The translations under genes were made by a program, and so were the position numbers. Positions 20,987 to 33,585 of a DNA stretch of 64,000 nt are shown here, piece after piece. Each line of letters starts with the position of its first letter. The stretch's first letter is position 1. The notes under the pieces are model-generated. The model saw nothing but the letters and a program-made list of their open reading frames with translations. It searched no databases and was not told the DNA's origin. Origin of the DNA: an uncultured delta proteobacterium (GTDB taxonomy: Bacteria; Desulfobacterota; WTBG01; CAIYCZ01); contig CAWDOY010000003.1 in the NCBI GenBank assembly GCA_963803975.1, positions 64,001 through 128,000 of the forward strand, given 5' to 3'.

Positions 20987-22187
20987 TCAGGATGTTTTAA
21001 TTTCCCGGGGTGCCCGGCTATTTTTAGCTTCCATAATAGTAATGAAAACAAAAATCAGGGAGGCGGCGGTCATGGGATAAAAAAGATAGTTCATACCGCA
21101 GAGCCGCGCCACCCATCCGGTGCAGACCGGCCCGGCAACCGACCCCACGCCGTAGAGAAAGCTGAAGGTGGAATTAGCGGTGCCCATCTGCTGCGGCGGA
21201 ATGAGATCCCCGATTAATGCAAGCGCTATGGGATAGAGCCCGCCGGCAACAACACCAACGCTGAAACAGAGAAAAAGAATAATAAAATAGTTTGCGGTAA
21301 TGGTAAAGGAGAAGGTGGTTGCTGCAAGAATTGCCCCCAGCACATAGAGGGAGGGAAGCTTGCCGAATCGGTCTGCGGCTTTACCGGCAGGAAACGGGGA
21401 GACAATGCCGCCGACGGCAAAGACCGTGAAGGCCATGCCTAAAGAAGCGCCCTTAAAACCCAGGTTGTCAAGGTAGAGAGAAAGGAAGCTGCCGATTGAT
21501 GCCTCCACCACAGCATAGCAGAGCCCGGCAAGGAGCGGGACCCGCAATATATTTAAGAATTCACGCAGCCTGATGTCAGTAGTCTTGATGGGTATGGGCA
21601 CATCGATATAGTACCTGAGCATAACGAGCAGACCGGCCAGGCTGAAGGCAGTGCCGAAAATAAACGGGACTGCGTGGTTATAGGCAAAAAGGTAGGTGCC
21701 GACACCAGGACCCAGGGCAAAGCCCACGGCAAACACCACGCCATAGAGCCCCATGTTCGAAGACCTGCGCTCAGGCGTTGAAAGCACATTGATGGCCGAT
21801 TCAGTGGGCGCGAAGAGGCACGCGGTGCCCACTCCCTGGAATATCCTGATAAGGTAAAAATACCAGGCACTGTTGGCGAATATCATGGCAAAGACACACA
21901 GGGCATAGATGAGAAGCCCGGAGAGGATGATTTTCTTTGAGCCCAGCCTTATCGACCATCTTTCCCATGAGCGGGGTGAACAGGGTAAAGGAGAGAAAGT
22001 AGACCGAGGCAATCTGGCCGATGGTTGCGGCAGAGGCGCCGGTATCGCGGATGATGAGGGGAATGAGGGGCGCGACAAAGCTCATGCCGAAGGCAAGGAG
22101 AAGCACGGTAAAGAGGATGGGCAGAAGGCCGGTATCAAGGTCGTCTATAAATTTCAATAGTTCACCGCAAAAGAAAGAATGATTCAC
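20987..22187 (-). CDS. MFS transporter (frameshift near 21955)
   Basis: About 12 TM; motif A 'GKMVD(R)LGSK' and 'GKAADRFGK'; 'RIFQGVG'. Joins ORFs 21801..22187 and 20987..22078. Confidence 0.88.
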
Positions 22188-22221
22188 CGCAGAGATTTAA
22201 TAAAATAACCAAAAGCAGATT

Positions 22222-22301
22222 AAGCCACAGAACTTCACAGAAATCACTGAAGTTTATAAACGATGAAAGTTTCTGTGCTATTCAGTGGATTCTGTGGCTA
22301 A
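22222..22301. repeat. REP-like extended inverted repeat
   Basis: agccacagaa..cacagaa..cactgaa ... ttctgtg..ttcagtgg.ttctgtggct, downstream of the AGCS gene. Confidence 0.6.
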
Positions 22302-22315
22302 ACTAAAATAAGCTA

Positions 22316-23645
22316 TTACAATTTATTATCCCATAAATATTTCCGCGTCTCAGAGACAATCACGCTGTTCAGTGCAAGCAGCGATATCAGATTCGGTACT
22401 GCCATCAGGCCGTTGGCAATGTCTGCAAAGCACCAGACGCAGGGAAGGGACGCAACCGAGCCGACCATGACAAACACCACCCACAGCACGCGGTAGGGAA
22501 AAATCGATCTCTTCCCCAGCAAATATTCACAGGCCTTCTCGCCGTAGTATGACCAGCCAAGAATGGTTGAAAAGACAAAGGTCAGAAGCCCGACCGTCAG
22601 CACCATTGGCCCGACACACGGGAAGGTCGGCAAAAGCAGCTTTGGTGAGAGACGCGCCGTTCAGCCCTTTGGTCCACGCTCCGGAATTGACCACCACCAG
22701 CCCGGTCATGGCACACACCACCACCGTGTCCCAGAAGGTGCCGGTGGAGGAGACCAGGGCCTGGCGCACCGGGTTGGTGGTCTGCGCGGCAGCAGCCACA
22801 ATGGGCGCGCTTCCGAGGCCTGATTCATTGGAGAAGAGGCCGCGGGCAACGCCGTAGCGCATCGCTTCCCTCATGCCCGCGCCGATGAATCCGCCGACTG
22901 CCGCAGTGCCGGTAAACGCAGTATTAAAAATCAGCATGCATGTTTCGGGAATGGTGCCTGCCCGCATAAACAGTATGATGGCGCAGCCGAGCACATAAAA
23001 CACCGCCATGAACGGGACCAGCTTTTCGCACACATTGGCAATGGATTTAATGCCGCCGAGGATGACAACAGCGGTCAGCACGGTCATGACGGCGCCGGAA
23101 ATCCATGGCGAGATATGCATTGTTTCATTGACGAGGGATGAAATGGAATTTGCCTGCACCATGTTGCCGATGCCGAACGCGGCAACGGCCGTAAGCGCGG
23201 CAAAGACCATACCCAGCCATTTCCAGTGCAGGCCGTGTTCCAGCACATACATGGGCCCGCCGGCCATGGTGCCGTCCTGCGTGGTCACCCGGTACTTTAC
23301 CGAGAGCAAAGCTTCGGCGTACTTGGTGGCGATGCCGAAAACGCCGGTGAGCCACATCCAGAGCACTGCCCCCGGCCCGCCCGCGGCCACCGCGGTGGCC
23401 ACGCCGACAATGTTTCCCGTGCCGATGGTAGCCGCCAGCGCAGTGGTAAGAGCGCCGAAGTGGCTGACATCGCCTGCGCCTTCACTGGTGCGCTTGAATG
23501 ACAGCTTGATCGCCGTCCAGAGGTAGCGCTGGATCAGCTTCAGCCTGAAGGTAAGGAAAATATGGGTGCCGCAAAGAAGGATGAGCAGCGGGGCGCCCCA
23601 CACATAGGAGCTGACCAGGTCAAGGAATTTTTCAAGGGCCGGCAT
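22316..23645 (-). CDS. Sodium:alanine/glycine symporter (AGCS family), frameshift near 22625
   Basis: 'ATIGTGNIVGVATA..GGPGAVLWMW', 'GGPMY', 'RGLFSNESGLGSAP', 'SYYGEK', 'NGLMAVPNL'. Confidence 0.93.
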
Positions 23646-23661
23646 GTGTACCTGTTATAAA

Positions 23662-24265
23662 TCAAGTTGTTTGATGATGTATCGTGCTGAATTGAGCGGA
23701 GCTGCTGAAAAATGAGTGCACATGCACATCAGCACAATGGGGATATTCAAAAGGGTAGGTTATACCCGGCTGCGGAAATTTCTCTTTTTTGAACGGGTTT
23801 AAAAAATCCCGTATCGCCCGCAGATAGAGAAATGAGCCGCGCTCATGCTTTACGCCGCTTAATGAGCGCCAGGTGTCCCTGCAGATGGACACGAGAAGCG
23901 GGCAGGTGACGTGAATTATTTTAAGATGGGGAACTGTTTCCTTGAGCATGGTGCGTATGGCTTCCAAACTCAGGCCGCTGTCTATCACCAGCGTGAAACC
24001 CTCTCCGAGCAGGTGCTTAAATTCGTGTCGCCGCATTTTCATAGATGATACTTTTTATCTTCTTATCTTTTGCAAACGGGTCTGCGCCTGCCGGGGCAAG
24101 AGTTTTTCGCAGTTCATCAAAACGTATCAGCCTCGTATTAAAGCCGCGCTCGATGAGCAGCTGCGTGAGTACTGAAGCGAGGCTGCTTTTTCCGGTGCCG
24201 CCTTTGCCCAGAATCAATATGGCAATCGGGCTTTTCTGCTGCGTGTCTTTAAACAGTTCTGCCAT
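23662..24265 (-). CDS. P-loop kinase, adenylyl-sulfate-kinase-like (frameshift near 24030)
   Basis: GKGGTGKS Walker A, 'DELRK', 'HVTCPL..S..RD', 'FEYP..ADV'. Confidence 0.55.
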
Positions 24266-24274
24266 GGCTGTTAC

Positions 24275-24783
24275 TTATTCGCCGCTTTCCAGGCGCTGAT
24301 AAACCGGTCCGACATCATCCTTCACAAATGCCCGCAGCTCTCGCAATTTCATTGCACCCACGGTGCCGCCGCTGCTTATTTTCCATGTTGCCGCTGACTG
24401 CTTTACGCCGGGTTTACGGATGAGCGCAACCATCTGCTTAAGCTCAAGAGTTATGTGATAGGCATACAGTTCAGCCTCCTTGAAGGTAAATATATTCACG
24501 TAGAGATAGGGTATGCCCGGCGCTTTTACCAGCTCCTCTTCAGCAGCACTGTGATGCCGCCAGCGCGCAGTTTCTGTTCCACATCAGCCTGAATCAGCTG
24601 CGTGCTGAATCCTTCCTGCACTGCATCCGGCGCCAGGTCCTCCACTATGACACCAACTCCCTTGATAGCAACAGTGATGCGCGTGACTGCTTATCACTTT
24701 CTTTGGCCACGCCGGATGAAAGAGAGGCAAACGATGCACACAATCACCGCGACATGCTACTGCTGCACATTTGATTTATTCAT
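24275..24783 (-). CDS. Putative exported hypothetical protein (several indels)
   Basis: AAGGAG RBS before ATG 24783; fragments 'GVGVIVEDLAPDA..IQADVEQKLR..GI', 'PGIPYLYVNIF' run into ORF 24275..24499. Confidence 0.5.
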
Positions 24784-25024
24784 GACACGATCTCCTTTCC
24801 GTAAGCAATAAGTTTTAAAATCTATAGAATCTGCGCCGTATAGTCAAAGCTATTTTTAATGGCCGGCACATTTAACGGCACTTTTATCATGTGTCGTAAC
24901 AAGTTGCTAAAAAATAGTGTACATAGTATACTTAAAAAGATATATTGCAACCGCTTTAAATTAACCGGAATTACCACGTTACATGAAGCTCTTCCTTAAT
25001 GTTTCTCACGAAGGGATTAGGAGC

Positions 25025-26249
25025 GTGAATAAGAAAATTATATATTGGCGCGGCGCTGCTGGTAATCATCGTGATTGCGATAGCATACAGTTTCAGGAAA
25101 GAATCCACAGCAGGATAAATACGAGACAGCAATTATTGACCGCGGTGACATTATCGAAAAAATTACTGCCACGGGCACTATAAACCCGGTGAACAGCGTC
25201 AAGGTCGGGAGCCAGGTTTCAGGAAGAATTATTAAAATAATGGCCGACTTTAACGCGCAGGTGAAGAAGGGGCAGGTCGTTGCCCAGCTGGAGACCGATA
25301 TTTATCAGTCAAAGGTCGAGCAGGCTGATGCAAATTACAAGATGTCCCAGGCACAGGCCAGGGAGGCAAAAGCAGCGATGCTTGATGCCGAGAGCAACCT
25401 GCGGCGGGCTAAAAAGCTGCGGCAGGACAAGGTGCTGTCAGAGCGGGACTTGGAGATAGCGGAAACAAAATATGATTCGGCCAAAGCATCCTATGGCGCC
25501 GCACTTGCCCGGGAAGAGCAGTCCAATGCGCTTATGAACACGGCGCAGCTTGACCTGCAGCATACGACGATTTACTCGCCGGTGGACGGCATTGTGATAT
25601 CGCGCAACTGCGATGTGGGCCAGACCGTGGTCGCAACATTTCAGACACCGGATCTTTTTTTGATAGCAGAAGACCTCACCAAGATGCGTGTTGACGCGTA
25701 TGTGGATGAGGCGGATATCGGCAAGGCCAAAGTAGGGCAGGAGGTGGAGTTTACCGTTGATGCCTATCCGGACAAGATATTCAAGGGTACCATTTCCCAG
25801 GTGCGGTTTGCGCCCAAGGAACTGCAGAATGTGGTTTCCTATGCTACGCTGATAGAGGTGCCGAATCCCGACCTGATGCTCAGGCCGGGAATGACCGCGT
25901 CAATTTCCATTATTGCCGAGCACAAGAAGAATGTTCTGCGGGTCGCCAATGCCGCGCTCAGGTTCAAGCCTGACCCTGAAGACAAGGAGCTGGCAAAAAA
26001 CGAAAACCGCAGCCGGCATTGAAGCAGCTGAAGACGAAGAGCAATGAAAGGCACTGCACCGGGTGTGGGTGCTTGATACAGACGGCAGGGTGCGCACGGA
26101 GAAGATAAAAACCGGCATTTATGATACGCGCTATGCGGAAATAACCGAGGGCGATATCGAAGAGGGGCAGACAGGTGATTATCGGATATCAGCCCCAGTG
26201 GCGGCAGCAGGACTCATCCAAATCCATGTTCAAGTTCGGGCCACGATAA
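25025..26249 (+). CDS. MacA-type periplasmic adaptor (HlyD/MFP) subunit, frameshifted
   Basis: 'VKVGSQVSGRI','IYSPVDGIV','VDEADIG','F.VDAYPD..F.G','LRPGMTA'; flanking segments in other frames. Confidence 0.9.
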
Positions 26250-26264
26250 AAGAGACAGCCTGCC

Positions 26265-26949
26265 GTGAACAATTTTATTCGCGCTGAAGAGCTTCATAAA
26301 ATATACAGTCTGGATGGACAGGCTGAGGTCTATGCCCTGCGGGGGGTATCGCTGCAGGTGTCTCAGGGAGAATTTGTCGCCATCATGGGGCCCTCCGGGT
26401 CAGGGAAATCAACCTTTATGAACCTGCTGGGCTGCCTTGATACGCCGACCAGGGGAACGCTCTCTATTGAGGGCATAGAAGTATCATCGCTCACGCCCAA
26501 CCAGCTCGCGGAAATCCGCAACAAAAAAATCGGCTTTGTGTTTCCAGAATTTCAACCTGCTGCCGCGCACCAGCGCCCTGGAAAATGTGGAGCTGCCCCT
26601 TATATACAACCGGGTCCCCGCTGCGCAGCGCCGCCAGCGCTCCGCTCAAGCGCTGGAGCGGGTGGGCCTGAAAGAGCGGATGAAGAACCTGTCCAACCAG
26701 CTCTCCGGCGGGGAGCAGCAGCGGGTTGCCATCGCCCGCGCCATGGTCAACAACCCGTCGCTGATACTGGCGGATGAGCCCACCGGCAACCTTGACACCA
26801 CAACCAGTATTGAGATTATGAATATCGTGAAGGAGCTGAACGAGGCAAGCGGCATGACCATAATACTGGTTACCCATGAGCAGGACATCGCACACTATGC
26901 AAAACGCCAGGTGCATTTTCGCGACGGTAAAATTATACGTGACGAATGA
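26265..26949 (+). CDS. MacB/LolD-type ABC transporter ATP-binding protein (frameshift near 26544)
   Basis: [35 protein letters not shown]. Confidence 0.95.
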
Positions 26950-26955
26950 GGTGCT

Positions 26956-28174
26956 ATGGAACTGTTTTTCCACCATCCGGGTAGCGCTCCGGGCAATCAT
27001 GAGAAACAAGCTCCGCTCTCTGCTGACCGTGCTGGGGGTGGTGATCGGCGTGTGCGCGGTTATCACCATGGTCAATATCGGCAGCGGCGCGCAGATATCC
27101 ATTGAAAAGGCGATCAGCGGCCTCGGCACCAACATGCTCATTGTCATCCCCGGCAGCATGACCAAGGGCGGAATGCGCACCGGGTTCGGGACCGTGACCA
27201 CGCTGATTGATGAAGATGCCCAGGCAATCCGCGATGAGTGCCCCACCGTGCAGCTCGTGAGCCCGGTGGTGAGCACAGCGGCCCAGGTGGTGTTTCAGAA
27301 CCAGAACTGGGGCACCTCGATTATGGGCACTGACCCGGAATTCCAGCGCATCAAAAACTGGCCGCTGGCGCGGGGTGAGTTTTTCACCATGCAGGATGTC
27401 AAGGCATCTACCAAGGTGTGCGTGCTGGGCAAATCGGTGGCGGAAAAACTGTTCGGCACGCAGAACCCGGTGGGCCAGATTGTCAGGGTGAAGCGCATCC
27501 CGTTCCGGGTGATCGGCCTGCTTACGGAAAAAGGACAGACCACGTTCGGCCAGGACCAGGACGACACGGTGGTCATTCCCTACACCACCGCGCAGAAGCG
27601 GCTGATGGGCATTACCTACCTGTCCATGATTATGGCCTCAGCGGTCTCCAATGAGCGCATCCCCGACGCCCAGGACCAGATTACCACGCTGCTGCGGCAG
27701 CGGCACCATATACCCAAAGGCGAGGATGACGACTTCACGGTGCGAAATCTTGCCGACCTTACCGCCACGTTTACCATTATTACCGGGATACTGACGCTGC
27801 TGCTCGGCAGCATTGCATCAATTTCGCTCGTGGTCGGCGGCATCGGTATTATGAATATCATGCTGGTGTCAGTTACCGAGCGCACCAGAGAAATTGGCAT
27901 CCGCATGTCAGTGGGCGCAAAGCCGGGCGACATCCTGCTGCAGTTTCTGCTGGAGGCAGTTCTGCTGAGCCTCATCGGCGGCGGCGTGGGCATAGTGCTG
28001 GGAATCGGGCTGACCGCAATTATTGCCTATTTTGCCGACTGGCCGACGCCGATATCATTTGTTGCAATCCTGGTGTCATCACTTTTTGCTGCCGGCGTGG
28101 GAATTTTTTTCGGCCTCTATCCGGCGCGCAAGGCTTCGCGCATGAACCCGATTGAGGCGCTGAGGTATGAATAA
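26956..28174 (+). CDS. MacB/FtsX-family ABC permease
   Basis: 'NKLRSLLTVLGVVIG','VGGIGIMNIMLVSVTERTREIGIR','PARKASRMNPIEALRYE'. Confidence 0.95.
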
Positions 28175-28278
28175 ATAGGTGAATCGGTGAATGGGTGAAG
28201 AGGTCAAGGGTGAAGTCGAGCTTTAACCCCTCACCACTATTCACTGAACTCCCTAACCCACGAATCCCTAATCCCGAG
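28175..28278. repeat. Degenerate short tandem repeats
   Basis: ggtgaatcggtgaatgggtgaagagg ... ccctaacccacgaatccctaatcccg directly after the stop codon. Confidence 0.55.
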
Positions 28279-28295
28279 TTATTGGAGGTAAAGAT

Positions 28296-29753
28296 ATGCT
28301 GAAAGTACTGTTTGCTTCATCTGAGGTTGTGCCGTTTGCAAAGACCGGCGGTCTTGCCGATGTTGCCGGCTCGCTGCCGATAGCCCTGAAAGCACTGGGG
28401 TGTGATGTGCGGGTAATCATGCCGTTTTATAAAATGGTTGAGCAGGCGGCAAAAGAGAGAAAGCTCATAGCGGAAAATATCGAGATCCCGGTAGGTGATA
28501 AAATCTACGCGGGAGACATCTGGGAGACGTCGCTGGGCGCGTCAATCCCCGTGTACCTGGTCAAGTGCGATGAGTTTTTTGACCGCAGCAGCCTCTACGG
28601 CACGGCCAAAGGTGATTACCGGGATAATGCCGAGCGCTTTATTTTCTTTTCCCGCTGCGCGCTTGAATTCTGCATCCATGCTGACTTTGCCCCTGATGTA
28701 ATTCACTGCCATGACTGGCAGGCCGGGCTCATACCGGCATACCTGAAAACCCTGTACAGCATGGAGGGCCAGTTTCTGCGTACCGGCACGGTGTTCACCA
28801 TTCATAACATAGCTTATCAGGGGCTGTTTCAAGCGGAGGTATTCAGGCTCACCGGCCTGCCTGAGAGACTCTTCACCATTGACGGACTTGAGTACTGGGG
28901 ACAGATGAGTATCATGAAGTCAGCGCTCATGTTCTCTGACATCATAAACACCGTTAGCAAAAAATACAGCCAGGAAATTCAGACTCCGGAATACGGTTAC
29001 GGGATGGAAGGCATACTCACAAAGCGCACCAGCGACCTCTACGGCATTTTAAACGGCGTTGATTACACAGAGTGGAGCCCGGAGGCAGACACCTATACAG
29101 CAGCTCCTTACAGCGCACAGGATTTGTCGGGAAAACAGGCCTGCAAGAAAGACCTCCTGAAAGAATACGGGCTTCCGGACAGCCTGGGCACAAAGCCGCT
29201 TTTGGGCGTAATATCACGGCTTGCAGACCAGAAGGGTTTTGATCTTCTATCTGACATCATGGATGAGCTCATGGCCATGGACCTTGGCTTTGTGCTGCTG
29301 GGCAATGGCGAGCAGAAATATCATGACCTGTTTGAACGCATCGCCCGGCAGTATCCAAAAAAAGCCGGCATCAAGATTGCCTATAATAACAGCCTGGCAC
29401 ATAAAATTGAGGCAGGCTGTGATATGTTTCTCATGCCGTCGCGCTATGAGCCGTGCGGCCTGAATCAGATCTACAGCCTGAAATATGCAACGGTTCCCAT
29501 TGTCAGGGCAACCGGAGGGCTCGATGATACCATCAGTGATTATAGTGAAGCTGCCGTCACGGGTAACGGATTTAAATTCAGTGACTACAACTCGCGTGAG
29601 TTCCTGCGCACCATAAAGCGGGCGCTCAAAGTGTTTGAAAACAAAAAGGCCTGGCACAAGCTTATGCAGAACTGCATGTCATATGACTTCTCGTGGAAGC
29701 AGTCGGCAGAGCAGTATGTGGAGCTGTATAAGAAAGCGATAGCGAAAAGGTAA
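28296..29753 (+). CDS. glgA: Glycogen synthase
   Basis: KTGGLADV, HCHDW, TIHN.AYQG, GILNGVD, PSRYEPCGL, TGGL.DT. Confidence 0.97.
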   Translation: MLKVLFASSEVVPFAKTGGLADVAGSLPIALKALGCDVRVIMPFYKMVEQAAKERKLIAENIEIPVGDKIYAGDIWETSLGASIPVYLVKCDEFFDRSSLYGTAKGDYRDNAERFIFFSRCALEFCIHADFAPDVIHCHDWQAGLIPAYLKTLYSMEGQFLRTGTVFTIHNIAYQGLFQAEVFRLTGLPERLFTIDGLEYWGQMSIMKSALMFSDIINTVSKKYSQEIQTPEYGYGMEGILTKRTSDLYGILNGVDYTEWSPEADTYTAAPYSAQDLSGKQACKKDLLKEYGLPDSLGTKPLLGVISRLADQKGFDLLSDIMDELMAMDLGFVLLGNGEQKYHDLFERIARQYPKKAGIKIAYNNSLAHKIEAGCDMFLMPSRYEPCGLNQIYSLKYATVPIVRATGGLDDTISDYSEAAVTGNGFKFSDYNSREFLRTIKRALKVFENKKAWHKLMQNCMSYDFSWKQSAEQYVELYKKAIAKR

Positions 29754-29862
29754 AAAAGGTGAAGAGGTTAAGAGGTGAAGAGGCGCAAAGAAAAGTGCTG
29801 AGTAACGAGTGCTGAGTGATGAGTGATGAATTCAAGTCACGGGTCACTGGCCACGAGTCACG
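29745..29862. repeat. Degenerate short tandem repeat mosaic
   Basis: aaaggtaa/gaggtgaa 8-mers, then gtgctga/gtgatga 7-mers, then gtcacgg 7-mers. Confidence 0.65.
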
Positions 29863-29919
29863 CGATAAGATTTGATGAGCATGTATATAGCATACTAATC
29901 TGGATAATGAGATAAAGCA

Positions 29920-32418
29920 GTGAATAATAAATTTCTGTGCATTCACGGCCACTTCTACCAGCCGCCGCGGGAAAATCCCTGGATTGAAGAAATAGAGAAG
30001 CAGGAGAACGCTGCTCCCTGCCATGACTGGAATGAACGGATTCTCAGGGAATGCTATGAGCCAAACTGCTATGCCCGGATTGTGGACGGGGGCAGCAGGA
30101 TCATAGATATGGTAAACAATTATGAGCTGATGAGCTTTAATTTCGGGCCCACGCTGTTAAGCTGGCTGGAAAAAAAAGCCCCCGCCATCTATCTGCAAAT
30201 TCTTGATGCTGATAAGAAAAGCGTCAAGCGTCTGAAGCACGGCAATGCCATAGCCCAGGCCTATAATCATATGATACTGCCCCTGGCAAATGAACGGGAC
30301 CGGGAGACGCAGATTGTATGGGGGATTGAAGATTTCAGGCACCGGTTCAACCGCGACCCGGAAGGCATGTGGCTGCCGGAGACCGCGGTCAACGTAGCAA
30401 CCATTGCAGCGCTCATTGAGCAGGGGCTGAAATTTATTATTCTTTCTCCTCTCCAGGCACAGCGGGTGCGGCCTTTGCAGGGCGGGCAGTGGAAAGATGC
30501 CGCAGGCAACGCCATGGACACGACATGTGCCTATCGCTGTTTTCTCAAACAATCTGATGGAACCAGTATTGATACTAAGCATATTGATGTTTTCTTCTAC
30601 GATGGGGCAATTTCAGGAGAGATAAGCTTCGGTAATTTACTGGCTGACGGAAGACGCTTTGCAGATCGTCTGAACCTGGCGTGCAGCCCGGATAGGGGCG
30701 GGGCGCAGCTTATCAACGTGGCGACCGACGGCGAAACCTACGGCCACCATAAGAAGTTCGGTGAGATGGCGCTGGCGTATGCGCTGCGCACAGCAATAAC
30801 AGAGTACGGATTTCAGCTCACAAATTACGGGGCCTTTCTTGAGCAGTTCCCTCCGGAATACGAAGTTGAGCTGAACACCGGCGCAGGTGATGAAGGCACG
30901 TCCTGGAGCTGTGCGCATGGTGTCGGGCGCTGGCAGGAGAACTGCGGCTGCAGGATCGACTGGCAGGGCACCTGGAACCAGAAATGGAGAAAAACGCTGC
31001 GCGAGGCTATGAACGTTTTGCGCGACCGGCTGGCAGAAATATTTGAACGGGAAGGTGCGCATTATTTCAGCAGCCCCTGGGCAGCGCGGAATGAATACAT
31101 AAGCATGATCGTGGATCGGAGCTTTGAAAGCAGGGAGCGCTTCTTCATGCTCAATGCTGCTCGAGACCTCAAGGCTGAAGAGCAGGTCAGGGCTTTGAAA
31201 CTGCTGGAGATGCAGCGCAATGCCCAGCTCATGTTTACCAGCTGCGGCTGGTTCTTTGATGATATATCGGGGCTTGAAGCCACACAGATTCTTAAATATG
31301 CTGACCGGGCGCTGCAGCTTGCGGAAACATTTACCGGGCATGATATCGCGACACCTTTTCTGGAAAAGCTGTCGCAGGCACAAAGCAATGTCCCTGGTAT
31401 TGGCACCGGCAGGGACATGTATGTGCGGGATATTAAACCGGGCCGGATCAGTATGGAAAAATTGCTGAACCAGTTTGCTCTGATGTCAGCCTTTGATGCG
31501 GCCTCCGAGAGGAAACAGCACATTTATAATTATTCAGTAAAAGTGATGGAATATGAAAAGCAGGAGCGTGCGCAATCATTCCTCATAACGGGGCGTGTCA
31601 GAATGACTTCCGGGGTTACCATAGAGACACAGGAATTCTTCTATGCGCTGGCATATCTGGGGAGCTACTATTTCAGATGTGTCATCGGGCAGATAATTAC
31701 CGGCGTGGACTACAAGCCGGCAAAAGATGAACTGCTGTCTTGTTTTGTTGAGGATCCTGAAGCAATAGTGCAGAAAATGACCGAAATGTTTGGAGAGCAC
31801 TATTATACGCTGCGGGATATGATGCAGGAAGACCGGCAGCAGATACTGCAGATGCTCATTAGTAACAGGCTCGAAGCATATGAACACACTATCGCCCGGG
31901 TGTATGATGAGAACCGGGAGACGATAGAGGGAGCGATTAAAGAGGGATTACGTATTCCTCTTGAGTTTCAGGCTGCAGCCGAGCATACGCTGGGCAGGAG
32001 GATGGAGCAAGAGCTTGCGCTGTTCGGAGAGCGGTTTGATGAGCTGAAAGCCCGCGGTGTAATCAAAAACATTGTTCTTGAAGCCCGGGAATACGGATAT
32101 TCGCTGAAGACAAAGCGCATCAAGCAGCTTCTGCGCGGCATTCTCAAGGCTAAAATTGAACGGCTGCGAAATGACTGTAACGAGCAGGAGATACTGTGGC
32201 TGCTGAGGCTGCTCGAATTTTCCGCGGAACTCGATGTTCAGGTCAGCACCAATGAGGCACAGAACAGTCTGTACATCATTTTGAAAGCACGTTTGCCGGA
32301 ACTGGCTGGCAGAGCTCAAGCAGGGGATGAGGCGTCACGCCGCACTGCTCAGGCGCTCATACAGCTTGCGGGTAAGATGCAATTTAAAACTGAGCAGTTT
32401 GCCGGGATGCTTTCATAA
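29920..32418 (+). CDS. Glycoside hydrolase family 57 with DUF3536
   Basis: HGHFYQPPRENPW, GMWLPE, ATDGETYGHH, SWSC.HGV.RW, MFTSCGWFFD. Confidence 0.92.
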   Translation: MNNKFLCIHGHFYQPPRENPWIEEIEKQENAAPCHDWNERILRECYEPNCYARIVDGGSRIIDMVNNYELMSFNFGPTLLSWLEKKAPAIYLQILDADKKSVKRLKHGNAIAQAYNHMILPLANERDRETQIVWGIEDFRHRFNRDPEGMWLPETAVNVATIAALIEQGLKFIILSPLQAQRVRPLQGGQWKDAAGNAMDTTCAYRCFLKQSDGTSIDTKHIDVFFYDGAISGEISFGNLLADGRRFADRLNLACSPDRGGAQLINVATDGETYGHHKKFGEMALAYALRTAITEYGFQLTNYGAFLEQFPPEYEVELNTGAGDEGTSWSCAHGVGRWQENCGCRIDWQGTWNQKWRKTLREAMNVLRDRLAEIFEREGAHYFSSPWAARNEYISMIVDRSFESRERFFMLNAARDLKAEEQVRALKLLEMQRNAQLMFTSCGWFFDDISGLEATQILKYADRALQLAETFTGHDIATPFLEKLSQAQSNVPGIGTGRDMYVRDIKPGRISMEKLLNQFALMSAFDAASERKQHIYNYSVKVMEYEKQERAQSFLITGRVRMTSGVTIETQEFFYALAYLGSYYFRCVIGQIITGVDYKPAKDELLSCFVEDPEAIVQKMTEMFGEHYYTLRDMMQEDRQQILQMLISNRLEAYEHTIARVYDENRETIEGAIKEGLRIPLEFQAAAEHTLGRRMEQELALFGERFDELKARGVIKNIVLEAREYGYSLKTKRIKQLLRGILKAKIERLRNDCNEQEILWLLRLLEFSAELDVQVSTNEAQNSLYIILKARLPELAGRAQAGDEASRRTAQALIQLAGKMQFKTEQFAGMLS

Positions 32419-32555
32419 AAATTAAAGCTACCACGCTGCCGGCTTGTCAATAGAGATACGTGTAATGTGAAAAGTGAAAGGTAAGAAAATTAAAGGGCAG
32501 AGGTGCTGAGCGCCGCTGCCCTTTAATTTTATGAGGCTATCCGCTGTAAGGGTGA

Positions 32556-33585
32556 TTAACTTACTGCCTTCTGTATTTCCTCGCGGTCATCAGGCGTGGT
32601 CATAATGATAAGCGTCGTTCCGGGAGTAAAAACATGCTGCCGTGATAGGATTAAAAATCCAATCGTTTTTTATCTTCACCGCAAGCAGCAGGGTGTCGGG
32701 GTATTTTTGCAGATCAAGGACGGAGAGCGGCTGCCCGCTGTAGGCGTCGGGCACCGGGATTTCTTCTATCCGCAGATTCTTCTTTTTATCCCGCAGCATG
32801 ATGTCCAGGAATGATACCACAGCGGGACGGATCATTTCCGATGCCATCCGCAGGCCGCCGATAAAGGTGGGGGAAATTACCGCATCAGCGCCGGCTTTTT
32901 TAATTTTATCCACATTTTTTAAATCATAGCAGCAGGCTATGACTTTAACGGACGGATTAAGCTGTTTGGCCGTGATGCTTATGACCAGATTATTGTTGTC
33001 ATCACCCGTTACCGCAAAAACCCCTCTGGCTTTCATGACGCCAGCTTCAAGAAGGGTGTCATTGTCCGTGGCATCGCCGACAATAAAAAAGTCTTCGTGA
33101 TAATCATGCAGAAACTTTTCAATGTTCTGCCTGCTGGTATCGACGATGACGTGGGAACGCTTGGTTTCGTAAAGCTCGTTGATAATATAATGGCCGACGC
33201 CGTCAATGCCGCAGACAATAAAATGTTCGCTTAATTTACTGATTGTTTTTTCCATTTTTCTCCTCAGAAAGGCTTCATTCAGACTGCCCTCTACGATAAA
33301 AGCGGTAAAGCTGGAAAGCGTATAGGATATGATGCCGATGCCGCAGAGCGCAAGGAGCATGGTGAAGATTCTGCCGAGCGGTTTGCCTGAAAGATCAATT
33401 ATTTCACCAAAGCCGATGGTGGCGATGGTGGTGAAGGTCATGTACAGGCAGTCGATCAGGGAGTGAGTGCCTGCAGAGATAATGCGGTAGCCGATGGTGC
33501 CGGTAAGGAGCACTGCAATCAGCGCAAGACCAGCCCAGATGAATTTGCGGTAAACCTGGGAAAGAGATAGGATGCTTTTGGTCAT
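32556..33585 (-). CDS. Potassium channel with TrkA (RCK) domains, frameshift near 32642
   Basis: Selectivity filter 'TIATIGFGE', TrkA_N 'HFIVCG..GDAT..L..AG'; C-terminus ends in another frame '...DDREEIQKAVS*'. Confidence 0.9.

Noticed and set aside
20873..20990. oriC next to rpmH
   Set aside because: AT-rich but short, with no DnaA boxes seen and no dnaA.
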